Shown piece by piece: positions 47,508 to 58,053 of a stretch of 64,000 nt of DNA; position 1 is the first letter of the stretch, and each line of letters opens with the position of its first letter. Both the position numbers and the translations under genes were made by a program. Origin of the DNA: an uncultured Clostridia bacterium. Its GTDB lineage: Bacteria; Bacillota; Clostridia; TANB77; CAG-508. The stretch is from assembly GCA_944390535.1 (NCBI GenBank), contig CALXQV010000043.1:7056-71055 (forward strand), in the 5' to 3' direction. Under the pieces are notes generated by a model, which had not been told where the DNA came from, searched no databases, and saw only the letters and a list, made by a program, of their open reading frames with translations.

Positions 47508-49931
47508 ATGTCTTATAACTTTAAAGAAATAGAAAAAAAATGGCAAGATAAATGGTATGCTGAAGGAACATTTAATGCAAAAGATGACTTCACAATGAAA
47601 AAATGGTTTGGATTAATTGAATTTCCATATCCATCAGGTCAAGGTCTTCATGTAGGACACCCTAGAAGTTATACTGCATTAGATATCATTGCTAGAAAAA
47701 GAAGAATGCAAGGATATAATGTATTATTCCCTATTGGATTTGATGCTTTTGGATTACCAGCTGAAAATTATGCGATTAAAAATCATATTCATCCAAAAAT
47801 AACAACTGAAAAAAATGTTAATCATTTTAGAGAGCAATTAAAAGCAATTGGTTTCTCTTTTGACTGGTCAAGAGAAATTAACACAACTGACCCAGAATAT
47901 TATAAATGGACACAATGGATTTTTATTCAATTATATAAACATGGATTAGCTTACAAGGCTACAATGCCAATAAACTTCTGTACAGGTTGTAAAGTAGGAC
48001 TGGCTAATGAAGAAGTTGTCAATGGTGTTTGTGAAAGATGTGGTAGTCCTGTTGTTCAAAAAGAAAAAAGTCAATGGATGTTACGAATTACAAAATATGC
48101 CCAAAGATTAATTGATGATTTAGATGATGTTGATTATTTAGACAAAATTAAAGCACAACAAAAAAATTGGATTGGTCGTTCTGAAGGTGCTGAAGTTACT
48201 TTCAAAATAGCAAACTCTGATGAGACCTTAACTGTTTATACCACTAGACCAGACACTTTATTTGGTGCTACCTATATGGTTGTCGCTCCAGAACATCATA
48301 TCATTGATAAACTTTCTGATAAAATTACCAATATGGATGAAATTGAAGAATATAAACATCAAGCATCTTTAAAATCTGATTTTGAAAGAGCCGAATTAAA
48401 TAAAGAAAAAACAGGTTGTGAAATTAAAGGTATCAAAGCAATTAATCCTTTGACAAATGAAGAAATTCCTATTTGGATTTCTGATTATGTTTTAATTACT
48501 TATGGTACTGGTAGCATTATGGCTGTTCCTGGACATGATACACGTGACCATGAATTTGCTAAAAAATTCAATCTACCAATTGTTCAAGTCATTAAACCAA
48601 TTGATGAAACAATCCCATGTGATATTAATGAAGAAGCCTTTACTGATGTAGAAACAGGTATATTAATCAATTCTGGATTTTTGAATGACTTACCTGTTAT
48701 AGAAGCTAAGAAAAAAGTAATTCGCTATTTAGAAGATAAGCATATTGGTAAAAAACAAGTAAATTATAAATTGCGTGATTGGGTATTTTCTAGACAACGT
48801 TATTGGGGTGAACCAATCCCTATGGTTTATTGTGAAAAATGTGGTTGGGTTCCAATTCCAGAAAATGAATTACCTTTGAAATTACCTGATGTAGAAGATT
48901 ATGAGCCAAGTGAAAATGGAGAATCTCCTCTAGCAAGACATACAGACTGGGTAAATACCATTTGTCCTCATTGTGGAGGAGAAGCAAAAAGAGAAACAGA
49001 TACAATGCCTCAATGGGCTGGTTCTTCTTGGTATTATCTAAGATATATGGATGCTCACAATGATAAGGCTTTAGCTTCAAAAGAAGCTTTAGAATACTGG
49101 TCACCTGTTGATTGGTATAATGGTGGTATGGAACATACAACACTTCACTTATTATATTCAAGATTTTGGCATAAATTCCTATATGATATCGGTATTGTTC
49201 CAACAAAAGAGCCATATCAAAAACGTACTTCTCATGGAATGATTTTAGGAAGTAATGGAGAAAAAATGTCTAAATCTAAGGGAAATGTTGTTAATCCAGA
49301 TGATATCGTTGATGAATTTGGTGCAGATGCCTTTAGAGTTTATGAAATGTTTATGGGACCTTTTGATCAAACTGCTCCATGGTCTATGGAAAGTATCAGA
49401 GGTTGCGCAAAATTTTTAGATAGAGTTTGGAATCTTCAAAATTTATTAGTAGATGGTGAAACCTATTCTCCAAAATTTGAAAAAGAAATGCATAGAGCAA
49501 TTAAAAAGGTATCTAATGATATTGATGAAATGAAATTTAATACTGCTGTTTCAACCTTTATGACTTTAGTAAATGATTTCTATAAAGAAAAAGCCATTAA
49601 CAAAGCAGAATTGAAAACCTTTTTACAATTATTAAATCCTTTTGCACCTCATATGACAGAAGAACTTTGGCAAACTGTCCTAGGTGGTAAAGAAATGTTG
49701 GCTTATATGGAATGGCCTAAATATGATGAAGAAAAAACAATTGCTGATGAAATTACTTTGCCTATACAGTTTAATGGTAAATTAAAAGCAACCGTTACTA
49801 TTTCTTTAGATGAGCCAGAAGAAACTGTTAAAGAAAAAGTACATGAAGCTGTTAAGGATAAATTGGAAAATAAAACGATTATTAAAGAAATTTATGTTAA
49901 AAATAAGATTTATAATATTGTTGTGAAATAA
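47508..49931 (+). CDS. leuS: leucine--tRNA ligase
   Basis: Start at [12 protein letters not shown], preceded by GAAAGGA. HIGH-type motif (GLHVGH), KMSKS motif and CP1 editing domain. Confidence 0.95.
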   Translation: MSYNFKEIEKKWQDKWYAEGTFNAKDDFTMKKWFGLIEFPYPSGQGLHVGHPRSYTALDIIARKRRMQGYNVLFPIGFDAFGLPAENYAIKNHIHPKITTEKNVNHFREQLKAIGFSFDWSREINTTDPEYYKWTQWIFIQLYKHGLAYKATMPINFCTGCKVGLANEEVVNGVCERCGSPVVQKEKSQWMLRITKYAQRLIDDLDDVDYLDKIKAQQKNWIGRSEGAEVTFKIANSDETLTVYTTRPDTLFGATYMVVAPEHHIIDKLSDKITNMDEIEEYKHQASLKSDFERAELNKEKTGCEIKGIKAINPLTNEEIPIWISDYVLITYGTGSIMAVPGHDTRDHEFAKKFNLPIVQVIKPIDETIPCDINEEAFTDVETGILINSGFLNDLPVIEAKKKVIRYLEDKHIGKKQVNYKLRDWVFSRQRYWGEPIPMVYCEKCGWVPIPENELPLKLPDVEDYEPSENGESPLARHTDWVNTICPHCGGEAKRETDTMPQWAGSSWYYLRYMDAHNDKALASKEALEYWSPVDWYNGGMEHTTLHLLYSRFWHKFLYDIGIVPTKEPYQKRTSHGMILGSNGEKMSKSKGNVVNPDDIVDEFGADAFRVYEMFMGPFDQTAPWSMESIRGCAKFLDRVWNLQNLLVDGETYSPKFEKEMHRAIKKVSNDIDEMKFNTAVSTFMTLVNDFYKEKAINKAELKTFLQLLNPFAPHMTEELWQTVLGGKEMLAYMEWPKYDEEKTIADEITLPIQFNGKLKATVTISLDEPEETVKEKVHEAVKDKLENKTIIKEIYVKNKIYNIVVK

Positions 49932-49937
49932 TTTTTT

Positions 49938-49974
49938 AAAGCCTATTAGTTATAAAAGCACACTAATAGGCTTT
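49938..49974. terminator. bidirectional terminator between leuS and 49974-50327
   Basis: 13-bp perfect stem AAAGCCTATTAGT / ACTAATAGGCTTT with T-rich flanks on both strands. Confidence 0.65.
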
Positions 49975-50327
49975 TATGTATTTTGAATTTTTGAATTTAA
50001 GATATAAAGTTCGTGATCATGTTTTTCTACTATATTTTCGCATTTTGTGATTCTTCTATCTTGCTTTTCAATATTTTCTGTATTTACTTTAAATGCATCA
50101 AATAAGGCTACTAGTTTTTCTCCATGTTCTACTTCTATTCTAGCAACAGAACCACTAATATTACGTTCTTCTTGTTTGATTTCTTTTATCTCTTGTTGCA
50201 TTTCTACTATTTGCCTTTTCATGACTAATATTTCTTCCTGTATTTTAGGTACATCTTTCACTTTTTCTTTTGTTTCTATTACTTCTTGATATATTTTTAG
50301 TAGCAATTCTTGATTTGTATCACTCAT
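49974..50327 (-). CDS. hypothetical coiled-coil protein (117 aa)
   Basis: ATG at 50327 is preceded by AAAGGAGGGA. Heptad-rich sequence QEEILVMKRQIVEMQQEIKEIKQEE. Confidence 0.55.
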   Translation of the reverse strand: MSDTNQELLLKIYQEVIETKEKVKDVPKIQEEILVMKRQIVEMQQEIKEIKQEERNISGSVARIEVEHGEKLVALFDAFKVNTENIEKQDRRITKCENIVEKHDHELYILNSKIQNT

Positions 50328-50578
50328 ATCTTCCCTCCTTTCTTTTTTTGCTATTATATATTCTAAAAGCCCTCCTGTCAACAAAAACTTTTCGACAAAT
50401 TTCTACATTTGTATTTTAAATTATTATTCATTTTCAGTTTTTGGCTCTGTTTTATTTTTTATAAAATTTATTCTTATTTGTCATTAAAGTGTAAAAAACA
50501 TTTAATCAAATTGAAATATTCTTTTTCTTTTCTTATAGTATAATATGGTTAGATAATTATAAACTAAGGAGAACTAAA

Positions 50579-51682
50579 ATGAGTATAAAATCTGACTTAA
50601 AAAAAGATGGAATTGAAGTTACTCAAAAATTAGATACTTTAAAGATTAATTCTATTGCAAAAAATATTGCTTCTAAATTATGCCAAACCTTTCCTTATTA
50701 TGGTTTAAACGAAAATGAGCTATTTATAAAATTATCAAGACTTGATATGTATAAAGCAAAAATGCCTGAAGGAATGGCTGAAGCAAATTACTATTATAAA
50801 AATACTTCTATTTATTTTAATGAACATATTCCTGAAGAAGATATGGAAGAATTTGCGATTCACGAATGTATTCATTATCTTCAAGAGGTAAAAGATAAAA
50901 GAAATTATCTGTTAAAAATGGGATTATGTGATTATACAGAGTTTAAAATTTATGGATTAGGATTAAATGAAGCAGCTGTTCAATTAATGTCATCAAAAGT
51001 GATTGGTATTCCAAAAGATTACGTAAAATATTTTGGAATTAGTTTTGAAACAACAAGCCCTTCGTATTATCCTTTAGAATGTTGTTTAGTAAATCAATTA
51101 GCTTTTATAACAGGTGAAGATATTCTATTTAAAAGTACCCTAAATAGTGATGATGATTTTAAGATAAAATTTTCCAAATTAACTTCACAAAAAGCTTTTA
51201 TAGCAATTCAAAATGCAATTGATGATATTTTATTTGCAGAAGAAGATATTATTAAATTAAATAACAAAATTGCTTTAATTGATGATAGAAATAAAAAAAT
51301 AGATGATATGGTAAAAAGGATTGATGAATTAAAAGAAAAAATAAAAATAACCTTTTTAAGAACACAAAATTTAATCATTTCTAGCTATTTTGATAAGGCC
51401 TTTTTAAATATCACAAATTTGGAGGAATTAGAAACATACAGAAAAAAATTGTATGATATAAAATCTTATTTAGGTTTTGCAGAAGGCTATACATTTTTCA
51501 ATGATTATTATGTTGAAAAAATGTCCCAGTTAGAACATAAATATAACATATTAGAAAATGGTGGTATTGAAACAGCAATCAATATAAGAACAAAAAATGA
51601 AAATAAAATTATGACTTTATTTAAAACACTTAAGAGATTGCTTTTAGGTAAATCTTTTGAAAGAAAAAATAACGATATATAA
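50579..51682 (+). CDS. hypothetical protein with HExxH metallopeptidase-like motif and coiled-coil C-terminal half
   Basis: 367 aa. FAIHECIHYLQE (HExxH). SD AAGGAG precedes the start. Confidence 0.65.
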   Translation: MSIKSDLKKDGIEVTQKLDTLKINSIAKNIASKLCQTFPYYGLNENELFIKLSRLDMYKAKMPEGMAEANYYYKNTSIYFNEHIPEEDMEEFAIHECIHYLQEVKDKRNYLLKMGLCDYTEFKIYGLGLNEAAVQLMSSKVIGIPKDYVKYFGISFETTSPSYYPLECCLVNQLAFITGEDILFKSTLNSDDDFKIKFSKLTSQKAFIAIQNAIDDILFAEEDIIKLNNKIALIDDRNKKIDDMVKRIDELKEKIKITFLRTQNLIISSYFDKAFLNITNLEELETYRKKLYDIKSYLGFAEGYTFFNDYYVEKMSQLEHKYNILENGGIETAINIRTKNENKIMTLFKTLKRLLLGKSFERKNNDI

Positions 51683-51757
51683 GAAGCCTAACCTTGTTGT
51701 ATACGGAAAAATCTTATATATAGCCAAAATAAAAGTCGATTTTTCCGATACAATAAA

Positions 51758-51802
51758 AAAAGTAGGAGAATCTCAAACTTGCTTTGAGAGGTGCCTACTT
51801 TT
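51758..51802. terminator. bidirectional terminator between convergent genes
   Basis: Nested stems AAAAGTAGG..TCTCAAA / TTTGAGA..CCTACTTTT followed by TTTTAT, with an A-run upstream. Confidence 0.6.
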
Positions 51803-51863
51803 TTATATTAGAATTGATTTGTTCTGTAATGTTAGCCCTATCTATTTTTACTGGCATATCGTT

Positions 51864-53126
51864 TTAGTTTTTATTTAGTATATTTTTTATTATATTTTTT
51901 GATGCTTCTCTTCCTGAATATGCAGCCCATGCAACGGTTCCTTTAACTCCTGCCAAATCTCCTCCTGCATAAATTTTAGAATTAGAAGTTTTAAATTCTT
52001 CATCAATTTCTATATTTCCCCATTTATTTAAGTTTAATCCTAAATCTTTTACATAGTCTTGTGGCCTTGAACCTAAAGCCATAATGATGTAGTCAACATC
52101 TACTTGATAATTACTATTTTCAATATTAACAGGAGATAATCTAGTTTCCCCTTCTTTTTGAACTAATTTTGTTTTAATTAATTCTACTTTTTCTACTTTT
52201 TGATTTCCAAATATTTTTACAATATTATTTTGGAAAGCAAATTGAATTCCTTCATTTTTAGCATCTTGTATCTCTTTCTTCTCTGCTGGCATTTGTTCTT
52301 CTGCTCTTCTATAAACTACTGTTACTTCTTTTGCTCCTAATTTATTAATCGTTCTAGCACAATCCATTGCCACATTTCCTCCACCAGTTACAATCACCTT
52401 TTTTCCTTTGTAGTCAGGATGTAAATTGTATTCTAGCAGTTCATTTCCGCCAAAAACACCTTCTAAATTTTCTCCTTCTACTCCCATTTTAGAAGAAACA
52501 TTGGCACCAATACTTAAAAATATAGCATCATATTCTTTTTCTATATCATCTAATGTAAAATCTTTTCCAAGTTCTTTATGATATTTTACTTCTATTCCCA
52601 AATCTAAAATATCTTTTACGGTATTTTCTACAATCTCTTTTGGTAGTCTAAAGCTAGGAATTCCAAACATTAATAATCCACCTAAATAATCATATTTTTC
52701 ATATATCGTAACTTGTATTCCTTCTTTTGCTAGAAAAGCAGCACAAGTTAATCCTGCTGGTCCTCCTCCAATAATCGCTACTTTTTTATTCTTTTTAGAC
52801 ACTTTATCATAGCAATCTGATAAATGATATCCTAGTTCATGAACTTTGTCAAACGTATATGCTTCTAATTCTCCTATGGAAACAGGTTCTCCTTTTATTC
52901 CCCTTACACAAGCTCCTTGGCATTGCTTTTCATGTGGACATATTCTTCCACATATTCCTTGTAAGACAGTTGTTTTAGATAGAATTTTATAAGCTTCCAA
53001 ATATTCTTCTTTTTTTAATGCTTGTATAAAAGAAGGAATATCATTTTGCAATGGGCATCCTTTTAAAGAACATGGTTTTACTTTACAATTTAAACAATAA
53101 TTTATCTTTTCTTCTATTTCTTTCAC
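51864..53126 (-). CDS. glutamate synthase small-subunit-like NAD(P)H oxidoreductase (GltD/NfnB family)
   Basis: 420 aa. N-terminal Fe-S Cys clusters (CLNCKVKPC, CGRICPHEKQCQGAC) and two dinucleotide folds (VAIIGGGPAGLTCA, VIVTGGGNVAMDCA). Confidence 0.85.
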   Translation of the reverse strand: MKEIEEKINYCLNCKVKPCSLKGCPLQNDIPSFIQALKKEEYLEAYKILSKTTVLQGICGRICPHEKQCQGACVRGIKGEPVSIGELEAYTFDKVHELGYHLSDCYDKVSKKNKKVAIIGGGPAGLTCAAFLAKEGIQVTIYEKYDYLGGLLMFGIPSFRLPKEIVENTVKDILDLGIEVKYHKELGKDFTLDDIEKEYDAIFLSIGANVSSKMGVEGENLEGVFGGNELLEYNLHPDYKGKKVIVTGGGNVAMDCARTINKLGAKEVTVVYRRAEEQMPAEKKEIQDAKNEGIQFAFQNNIVKIFGNQKVEKVELIKTKLVQKEGETRLSPVNIENSNYQVDVDYIIMALGSRPQDYVKDLGLNLNKWGNIEIDEEFKTSNSKIYAGGDLAGVKGTVAWAAYSGREASKNIIKNILNKN

Positions 53127-53262
53127 TTTATTTATTCCTCTTTTCCTTGTTTTCTAGTAAACTTTTAGAAATTCAATCCTAGGTTCCCTATATCGTATTT
53201 TGAAATACAGTATAAGCAACCACATATTACAAAACAAAAAACTTCATATTGTTTCATATTTA

Positions 53263-53590
53263 AGAACAATAGCGGGCTTTCTTAAACATTTTCTCTATTC
53301 ATAATATTTTAAAGCCCGTGTTATTGTTCGTGTGCCAAATTTTACGTAAGTAAAATTTGTGTGCAATCGTTAGAGCGAAGCGATGTTCTTGAATAGGAAA
53401 AAACGATTTTTCCTATTCAAGAACAAATCTCGCTTCGCGAGAACTTTTCTCTACTTTTCTAATTTAACTATATATCTTTAAGTTCTCAAAGAAGCGTAAA
53501 GATTTGTCGACGCGAAAAATTGCAAGGCAATTTTTCTGTGCAATGTTGTTTTTTTATTGAATAGGAAAAAGTGATTTTTCCTATTCAATA
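53263..53590. repeat. multi-hairpin intergenic repeat, family A, full-length copy
   Basis: ~328 bp, collinear with 23078-23400. The hairpins are preserved by compensatory substitutions. Confidence 0.85.
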
Positions 53591-53704
53591 AAAAGAATTG
53601 ATACAATCAATCCTTCTTTAAATATTTTACATTGTTTACAATATTAAGTCAATAAAAATGACTTATCGGTATCAATATTTAGAGATTTATCTAGTTATAG
53701 AAAA

Positions 53705-54259
53705 TCAAAAATTCTCTATAGCATCCACTACTTTTTGTAAATCCTTAATAAAATCTATTTTTTTAGTCTCATCTCTTAACAGTGCTGCTGGGTGCCAAGT
53801 AGGCATATAGTGTATCCCTTTCTTTTCTAGCCATTTTCCCCTAGAAGCTGTAATTCCATATTCCTTTCCTAAAATATTTTTCAATGCCACACTTCCTAAC
53901 AACACAATAATCTTTGGCTGTACTAAAATTACCTGGTTTCTTAAATAATTCAAGCAAGCTGTTGCCTCATCTTCTTCTGGATTTCGGTTAGAAGGTGGTC
54001 TACATTTTACAACATTCGCAATATACACTTCTTCTCTATTAATCCCCAATGTCTCAAATGCTAAATCCATTAATTTTCCTGCTCTTCCTACAAAAGGCTC
54101 TCCTAATCTATCTTCATCTGCTCCTGGTCCTTCTCCAATAAACATTAATTTTGCCTGTTTATTTCCTGTTCCAAATACAATATGTTGTCTTGCTTTGCAT
54201 AATTTACATTTATTACAATCTTTAATTGATTCTTCTAATTCTTCCCATGTTTCAAACAT
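53705..54259 (-). CDS. uracil-DNA glycosylase, family 4
   Basis: 184 aa. Fe-S Cys residues and motifs GEGPGADED and GEPFVGRAG. Confidence 0.9.
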   Translation of the reverse strand: MFETWEELEESIKDCNKCKLCKARQHIVFGTGNKQAKLMFIGEGPGADEDRLGEPFVGRAGKLMDLAFETLGINREEVYIANVVKCRPPSNRNPEEDEATACLNYLRNQVILVQPKIIVLLGSVALKNILGKEYGITASRGKWLEKKGIHYMPTWHPAALLRDETKKIDFIKDLQKVVDAIENF

Positions 54260-54279
54260 CTTTTTACATCCTTTATCTA

Positions 54280-55170
54280 TTATTTTAATTCTATCACTGC
54301 TGTTTCTGTATTATATGCTTTCTTTTCTATGCGATAAGAGTGTATCTTATCTAAATGGCAAACACTACAAATCCCTGAATCTATAATATTTTCTGGTTTT
54401 AATCCTTCATTTTGTAGAAGAACTTTATTAATAAGAACCGTATCTACATTCCATTTTTTATGTTTTTCTGTCTCCTCTATAAAATCTGTTAGTTGAATGG
54501 TTGTTACTTTATTATTTTGTTCTATATCTATAAAATTAACATTTTCCAAATCGAAAAATTCATTTTGAAACTGATTTTTTACATCTTCCTCTACCTCAAA
54601 ATGGCATTTTCGAATACTTGGACAAATACAACATAATATATCTTGTGGATTACTACCAAATTCTTTTACCATTTTTTGAACTGTTTTAACAGAAATTCTC
54701 TGTAATGTTCCTCTCCATCCAGAATGTGTGTTAGCAATCACACCTTTTACTGGGTCAAAAAATAATAATAAAATACAATCTGCATTGGTTGTCGCCAATG
54801 CTAAATTTCTCTTGTTTGTCATTAAGCCATCTTCTATCCCTTCTTCTGTCAGACTAAAATCTGGTCCATTTACATTTACTTTTCTTTCCACAATTTTTAT
54901 ACTATCTGTATGATTTTGATTTGCCTGTACAATGTGTATATCATCACACCCTATACCATGACATAGTTTTCTATATGATTCTTTTGCTAGTTGGATCCTT
55001 TCTGGTGGTGCTAGTTGGTTATTTACTGTTGTTGTTTTAAATCCAACATCTAATCCTAATGCATATCCATGAGTAATTGTATCTTTATACTCTAACAATT
55101 TTCTAAATTGTAAATATTCTATTTCATTATCTTTTACATGAATCACATATTGATTCGATAGATCTTCCAT
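54280..55170 (-). CDS. pgeF: peptidoglycan editing factor PgeF (YfiH/laccase-domain, DUF152)
   Basis: 296 aa. Motifs TNADCILLLFFDP, HSGWRGT and C-terminal GICSVCH..HSYR. Confidence 0.85.
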   Translation of the reverse strand: MEDLSNQYVIHVKDNEIEYLQFRKLLEYKDTITHGYALGLDVGFKTTTVNNQLAPPERIQLAKESYRKLCHGIGCDDIHIVQANQNHTDSIKIVERKVNVNGPDFSLTEEGIEDGLMTNKRNLALATTNADCILLLFFDPVKGVIANTHSGWRGTLQRISVKTVQKMVKEFGSNPQDILCCICPSIRKCHFEVEEDVKNQFQNEFFDLENVNFIDIEQNNKVTTIQLTDFIEETEKHKKWNVDTVLINKVLLQNEGLKPENIIDSGICSVCHLDKIHSYRIEKKAYNTETAVIELK

Positions 55171-55199
55171 CTTTTCTCATCCTTTCTGAGAGATCAATT

Positions 55200-56501
55200 C
55201 TAGTCTTTTACTAGGTTTAATTCATCATATTTTCTTTCTTCTTTAGAATATTCATCTGGTTTTAATCCTACTCTTGTTTTCATGTATTTTCCTAATAAGA
55301 AATAGATAATTGTAAATAAAATACCGATAATGATCATACAATATGCTGTTGTCATTTTATCTAGCAAAAATGATGCTACTAATCCTGCTAACATTCTAAA
55401 TACATTTCTAAATAAATTATATGCTGCAAATATTTTTGTATCTATTTTTTCATTCGCAAAATTTCTTAAATATTTATCAATGATTGTATGAAACATTCCC
55501 ATTCCAAAATCATATGCTAAAAACAAAAGTACAATAAAGGCTAATAAAATAATATATTGTTCTGCTCCTATACCAAAAATACCTGATAACATTGTAGTAA
55601 TAGAAAGTATCATACAAATAACATATAAAGAACGATTTCTAAATTTATTATGAAATTGTGCTTGTTTTTTAGAAGCATAAGAAGCTACTAATCCACCTAT
55701 TGCAGCAATAATTCCTATCATAAATGAAGATAATCCGATATCCTCTTGCAAACTTACATGATATGTTTGTAAAATGGATAATAGTGCATATATTAATGAG
55801 GCACATAATATTAAAGCTTTCAACCTTTCTGACTTTAATATAAAAGTAAATCCATCTTTTACATTTTGTATTTCTGTTTTATATATTTCTAAAACATTTC
55901 CTTTTTTCTTTTTTTGAATTGGTTCTATAAAACCAATAGATAAGATGGTAACAATAATTAGAAATATTAATGATAATATAACTGGTAAATAGCCATTTAT
56001 CACAAATAATGCACCTGCTACCACCTTTGAAATAGCATTAAGTGCATAATATCCTGATGCACCTTTTGCACTAATTTTAGAATAGATTTGACTTTTGTAT
56101 CTTGATGGTGGAATTGATTCATTTAATAAACTCGGTTCTGCCACATTTTTTATGGCAAATGATACGCTACTAAAAAATTCTGCAATAATTAAATCAAATA
56201 AACTTCCACTCATCATAATAATAGCCATATACATACAATTCAAAACATTTCCTAAAACAACACTATTTTTTCTTCCTAAGAACTCTACGATAACATTTGC
56301 TGGAAGTTGTAAAATAATACCAAAAAATGCATAAAATGTGCTTTTTAGCATAACATCTGCTGCACTAATTCCTTTTATTTGCGTCAGAAATAGAAAATCA
56401 ATTGTATAAAAGAATAAATAATCCCAAGCCAATTTTTTATATGTTGGAAAGATTCTCATATTGGTCTTTCGCATCATTCGCACTTGTTCTTTATTATCCA
56501 T
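55200..56501 (-). CDS. MFS transporter
   Basis: 433 aa, ~12 TM helices. Paralog of the upstream gene, with starts and ends overlapping by 8 nt. Confidence 0.85.
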   Translation of the reverse strand: MDNKEQVRMMRKTNMRIFPTYKKLAWDYLFFYTIDFLFLTQIKGISAADVMLKSTFYAFFGIILQLPANVIVEFLGRKNSVVLGNVLNCMYMAIIMMSGSLFDLIIAEFFSSVSFAIKNVAEPSLLNESIPPSRYKSQIYSKISAKGASGYYALNAISKVVAGALFVINGYLPVILSLIFLIIVTILSIGFIEPIQKKKKGNVLEIYKTEIQNVKDGFTFILKSERLKALILCASLIYALLSILQTYHVSLQEDIGLSSFMIGIIAAIGGLVASYASKKQAQFHNKFRNRSLYVICMILSITTMLSGIFGIGAEQYIILLAFIVLLFLAYDFGMGMFHTIIDKYLRNFANEKIDTKIFAAYNLFRNVFRMLAGLVASFLLDKMTTAYCMIIIGILFTIIYFLLGKYMKTRVGLKPDEYSKEERKYDELNLVKD

Positions 56502-57804
56502 AGATTTCCTCCTCTTTTCCTTTGTTTTTTAATTCATCATATTGAAGTTCTTCTTTTGAATATTCTTCTGGCTTTAGCCCTACTCTTTTTTTCATATATT
56601 TACTCATCAATATGGTAAAGATAATTGTCAAAACACCTACAATTGTCATACAATAGGATATATTCATTCTATCTAGTAAAAATGAAGCTATAATACCAAT
56701 GACTGCACTTAATATGCTTTTTAAGAAATTTTTTGCCGTAAATATTTTTGTATCTATCTTTTCATTTGAGAAATTTCTTAAATATCTTTCTGTTAATGGA
56801 TAATATATTCCTTGACCAGAATAGCGAATCATGTATGTTATAACGATACATAAAATAAATATACTATACTGGTTTGCTATCATGCCACATATCCCTGCTA
56901 CTAAGATACTGACACCTATGATTCCTAATAAAGCACATAAAGATTTATTCCTATATTTTTCATGAAATGTTTCTTGTTGTTTTGCTATGATTCCTGAAAT
57001 AATTCCCAATACTGCAAAAATCATACACAAGTATTTTGCTGGTATATCAAAATTTTCTAATAGACTGACTTCATATGTTGCCATAAGACTGATGACACCA
57101 CCAGATACTGCTACAAATAAAATTAAAGCTTTTAATCTCTCTGATTTTAAAATAAATTTAAAAGAATCTTTTAATTCCTTTAACTGGTTAAATTCTTGCA
57201 TTTTATGTTTTTTATTCTCTGCCTGTGGCTCAATAAATCCCATAGATATGATGGTTACCATGATTGTTATGAAAAAAGATAATGTAATCGGGATATATGG
57301 ATTGATATCATAGAAAAATCCTGCTAATACAGTTGATACTGCATTAATGATATAATAATTGGCCATTCCTTTTTGACTAATTTTTGCAAAAATTTTACTT
57401 TTGTATCTAGAAGGCGGTATGGATTCATTTAACAGAGCTGGGTCTACGGATTCTTTAATTCCAAAAGCTAGTGATGACAATAATTCTGCCGTTATTAAAT
57501 TAAATAAATTTGTACTGAACATGACTACTAACATATAGATGCAATTTAAAAAATTGGCAAATATCATGCTTCTTTTTCTTCCCAAATATTCTATAACAAA
57601 TGTTGCTGGAATCTGCATAATAATTCCAAATAAGGCATAAAAAGAATCGATTAATACAACATCTGCTGGATGAATGTGTTTACATTGTGTTAAGAACAAA
57701 AAATTAGTCGTGTAAAAAAATATATAATCCCAGCTAAGTGTTTTATATATTGGAAATAGTTTCATGTTTCGTTTTCTCATCTGTATTTTTTCTTTTTCTT
57801 TCAT
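56494..57804 (-). CDS. MFS transporter (tandem paralog)
   Basis: Start set at MKEKEKIQMRKRNMKLFPIYK (SD GAGGAA), which aligns with the paralog N-terminus. The longer ORF start at 57849 lies inside the family B hairpin. Confidence 0.8.
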   Translation of the reverse strand: MKEKEKIQMRKRNMKLFPIYKTLSWDYIFFYTTNFLFLTQCKHIHPADVVLIDSFYALFGIIMQIPATFVIEYLGRKRSMIFANFLNCIYMLVVMFSTNLFNLITAELLSSLAFGIKESVDPALLNESIPPSRYKSKIFAKISQKGMANYYIINAVSTVLAGFFYDINPYIPITLSFFITIMVTIISMGFIEPQAENKKHKMQEFNQLKELKDSFKFILKSERLKALILFVAVSGGVISLMATYEVSLLENFDIPAKYLCMIFAVLGIISGIIAKQQETFHEKYRNKSLCALLGIIGVSILVAGICGMIANQYSIFILCIVITYMIRYSGQGIYYPLTERYLRNFSNEKIDTKIFTAKNFLKSILSAVIGIIASFLLDRMNISYCMTIVGVLTIIFTILMSKYMKKRVGLKPEEYSKEELQYDELKNKGKEEEIYG

Positions 57805-57848
57805 ATCATTCCTCTTCTGTTTTAATTTTCGTTTTTCATTTTTATACA

Positions 57849-58041
57849 TTTCAGTTCAGGGGGGATTTTGCGGAGGTATATATATTATATTTTAAGCGGG
57901 TTTCGGGGAGACCTACACGCTACATACTCTTATTCAATCAGTGACAGTCCCGTGGGAGCTGATTGAATTAGAGTATGTAAAGTGTTGGGATAGTGAAAAA
58001 TATAATATATATACCTCCGCAAAATCCCCCCTGAACTGAAA
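57849..58041. repeat. long-hairpin intergenic repeat, family B, copy 2
   Basis: The core 57876-58014 matches 7368-7506. The outer 27-nt arms (57849-57875 / 58015-58041) are perfectly complementary and unrelated to those of copy 1. Confidence 0.85.
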
Positions 58042-58053
58042 CTTTTATATCTA

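Noticed and set aside
51864-53126. NfnAB / sulfide-dehydrogenase-type two-subunit oxidoreductase operon
   Set aside because: Only the GltD/NfnB-like subunit is present. No ferredoxin-NADP-reductase-like partner gene flanks it in the window, so no operon-level call was made.
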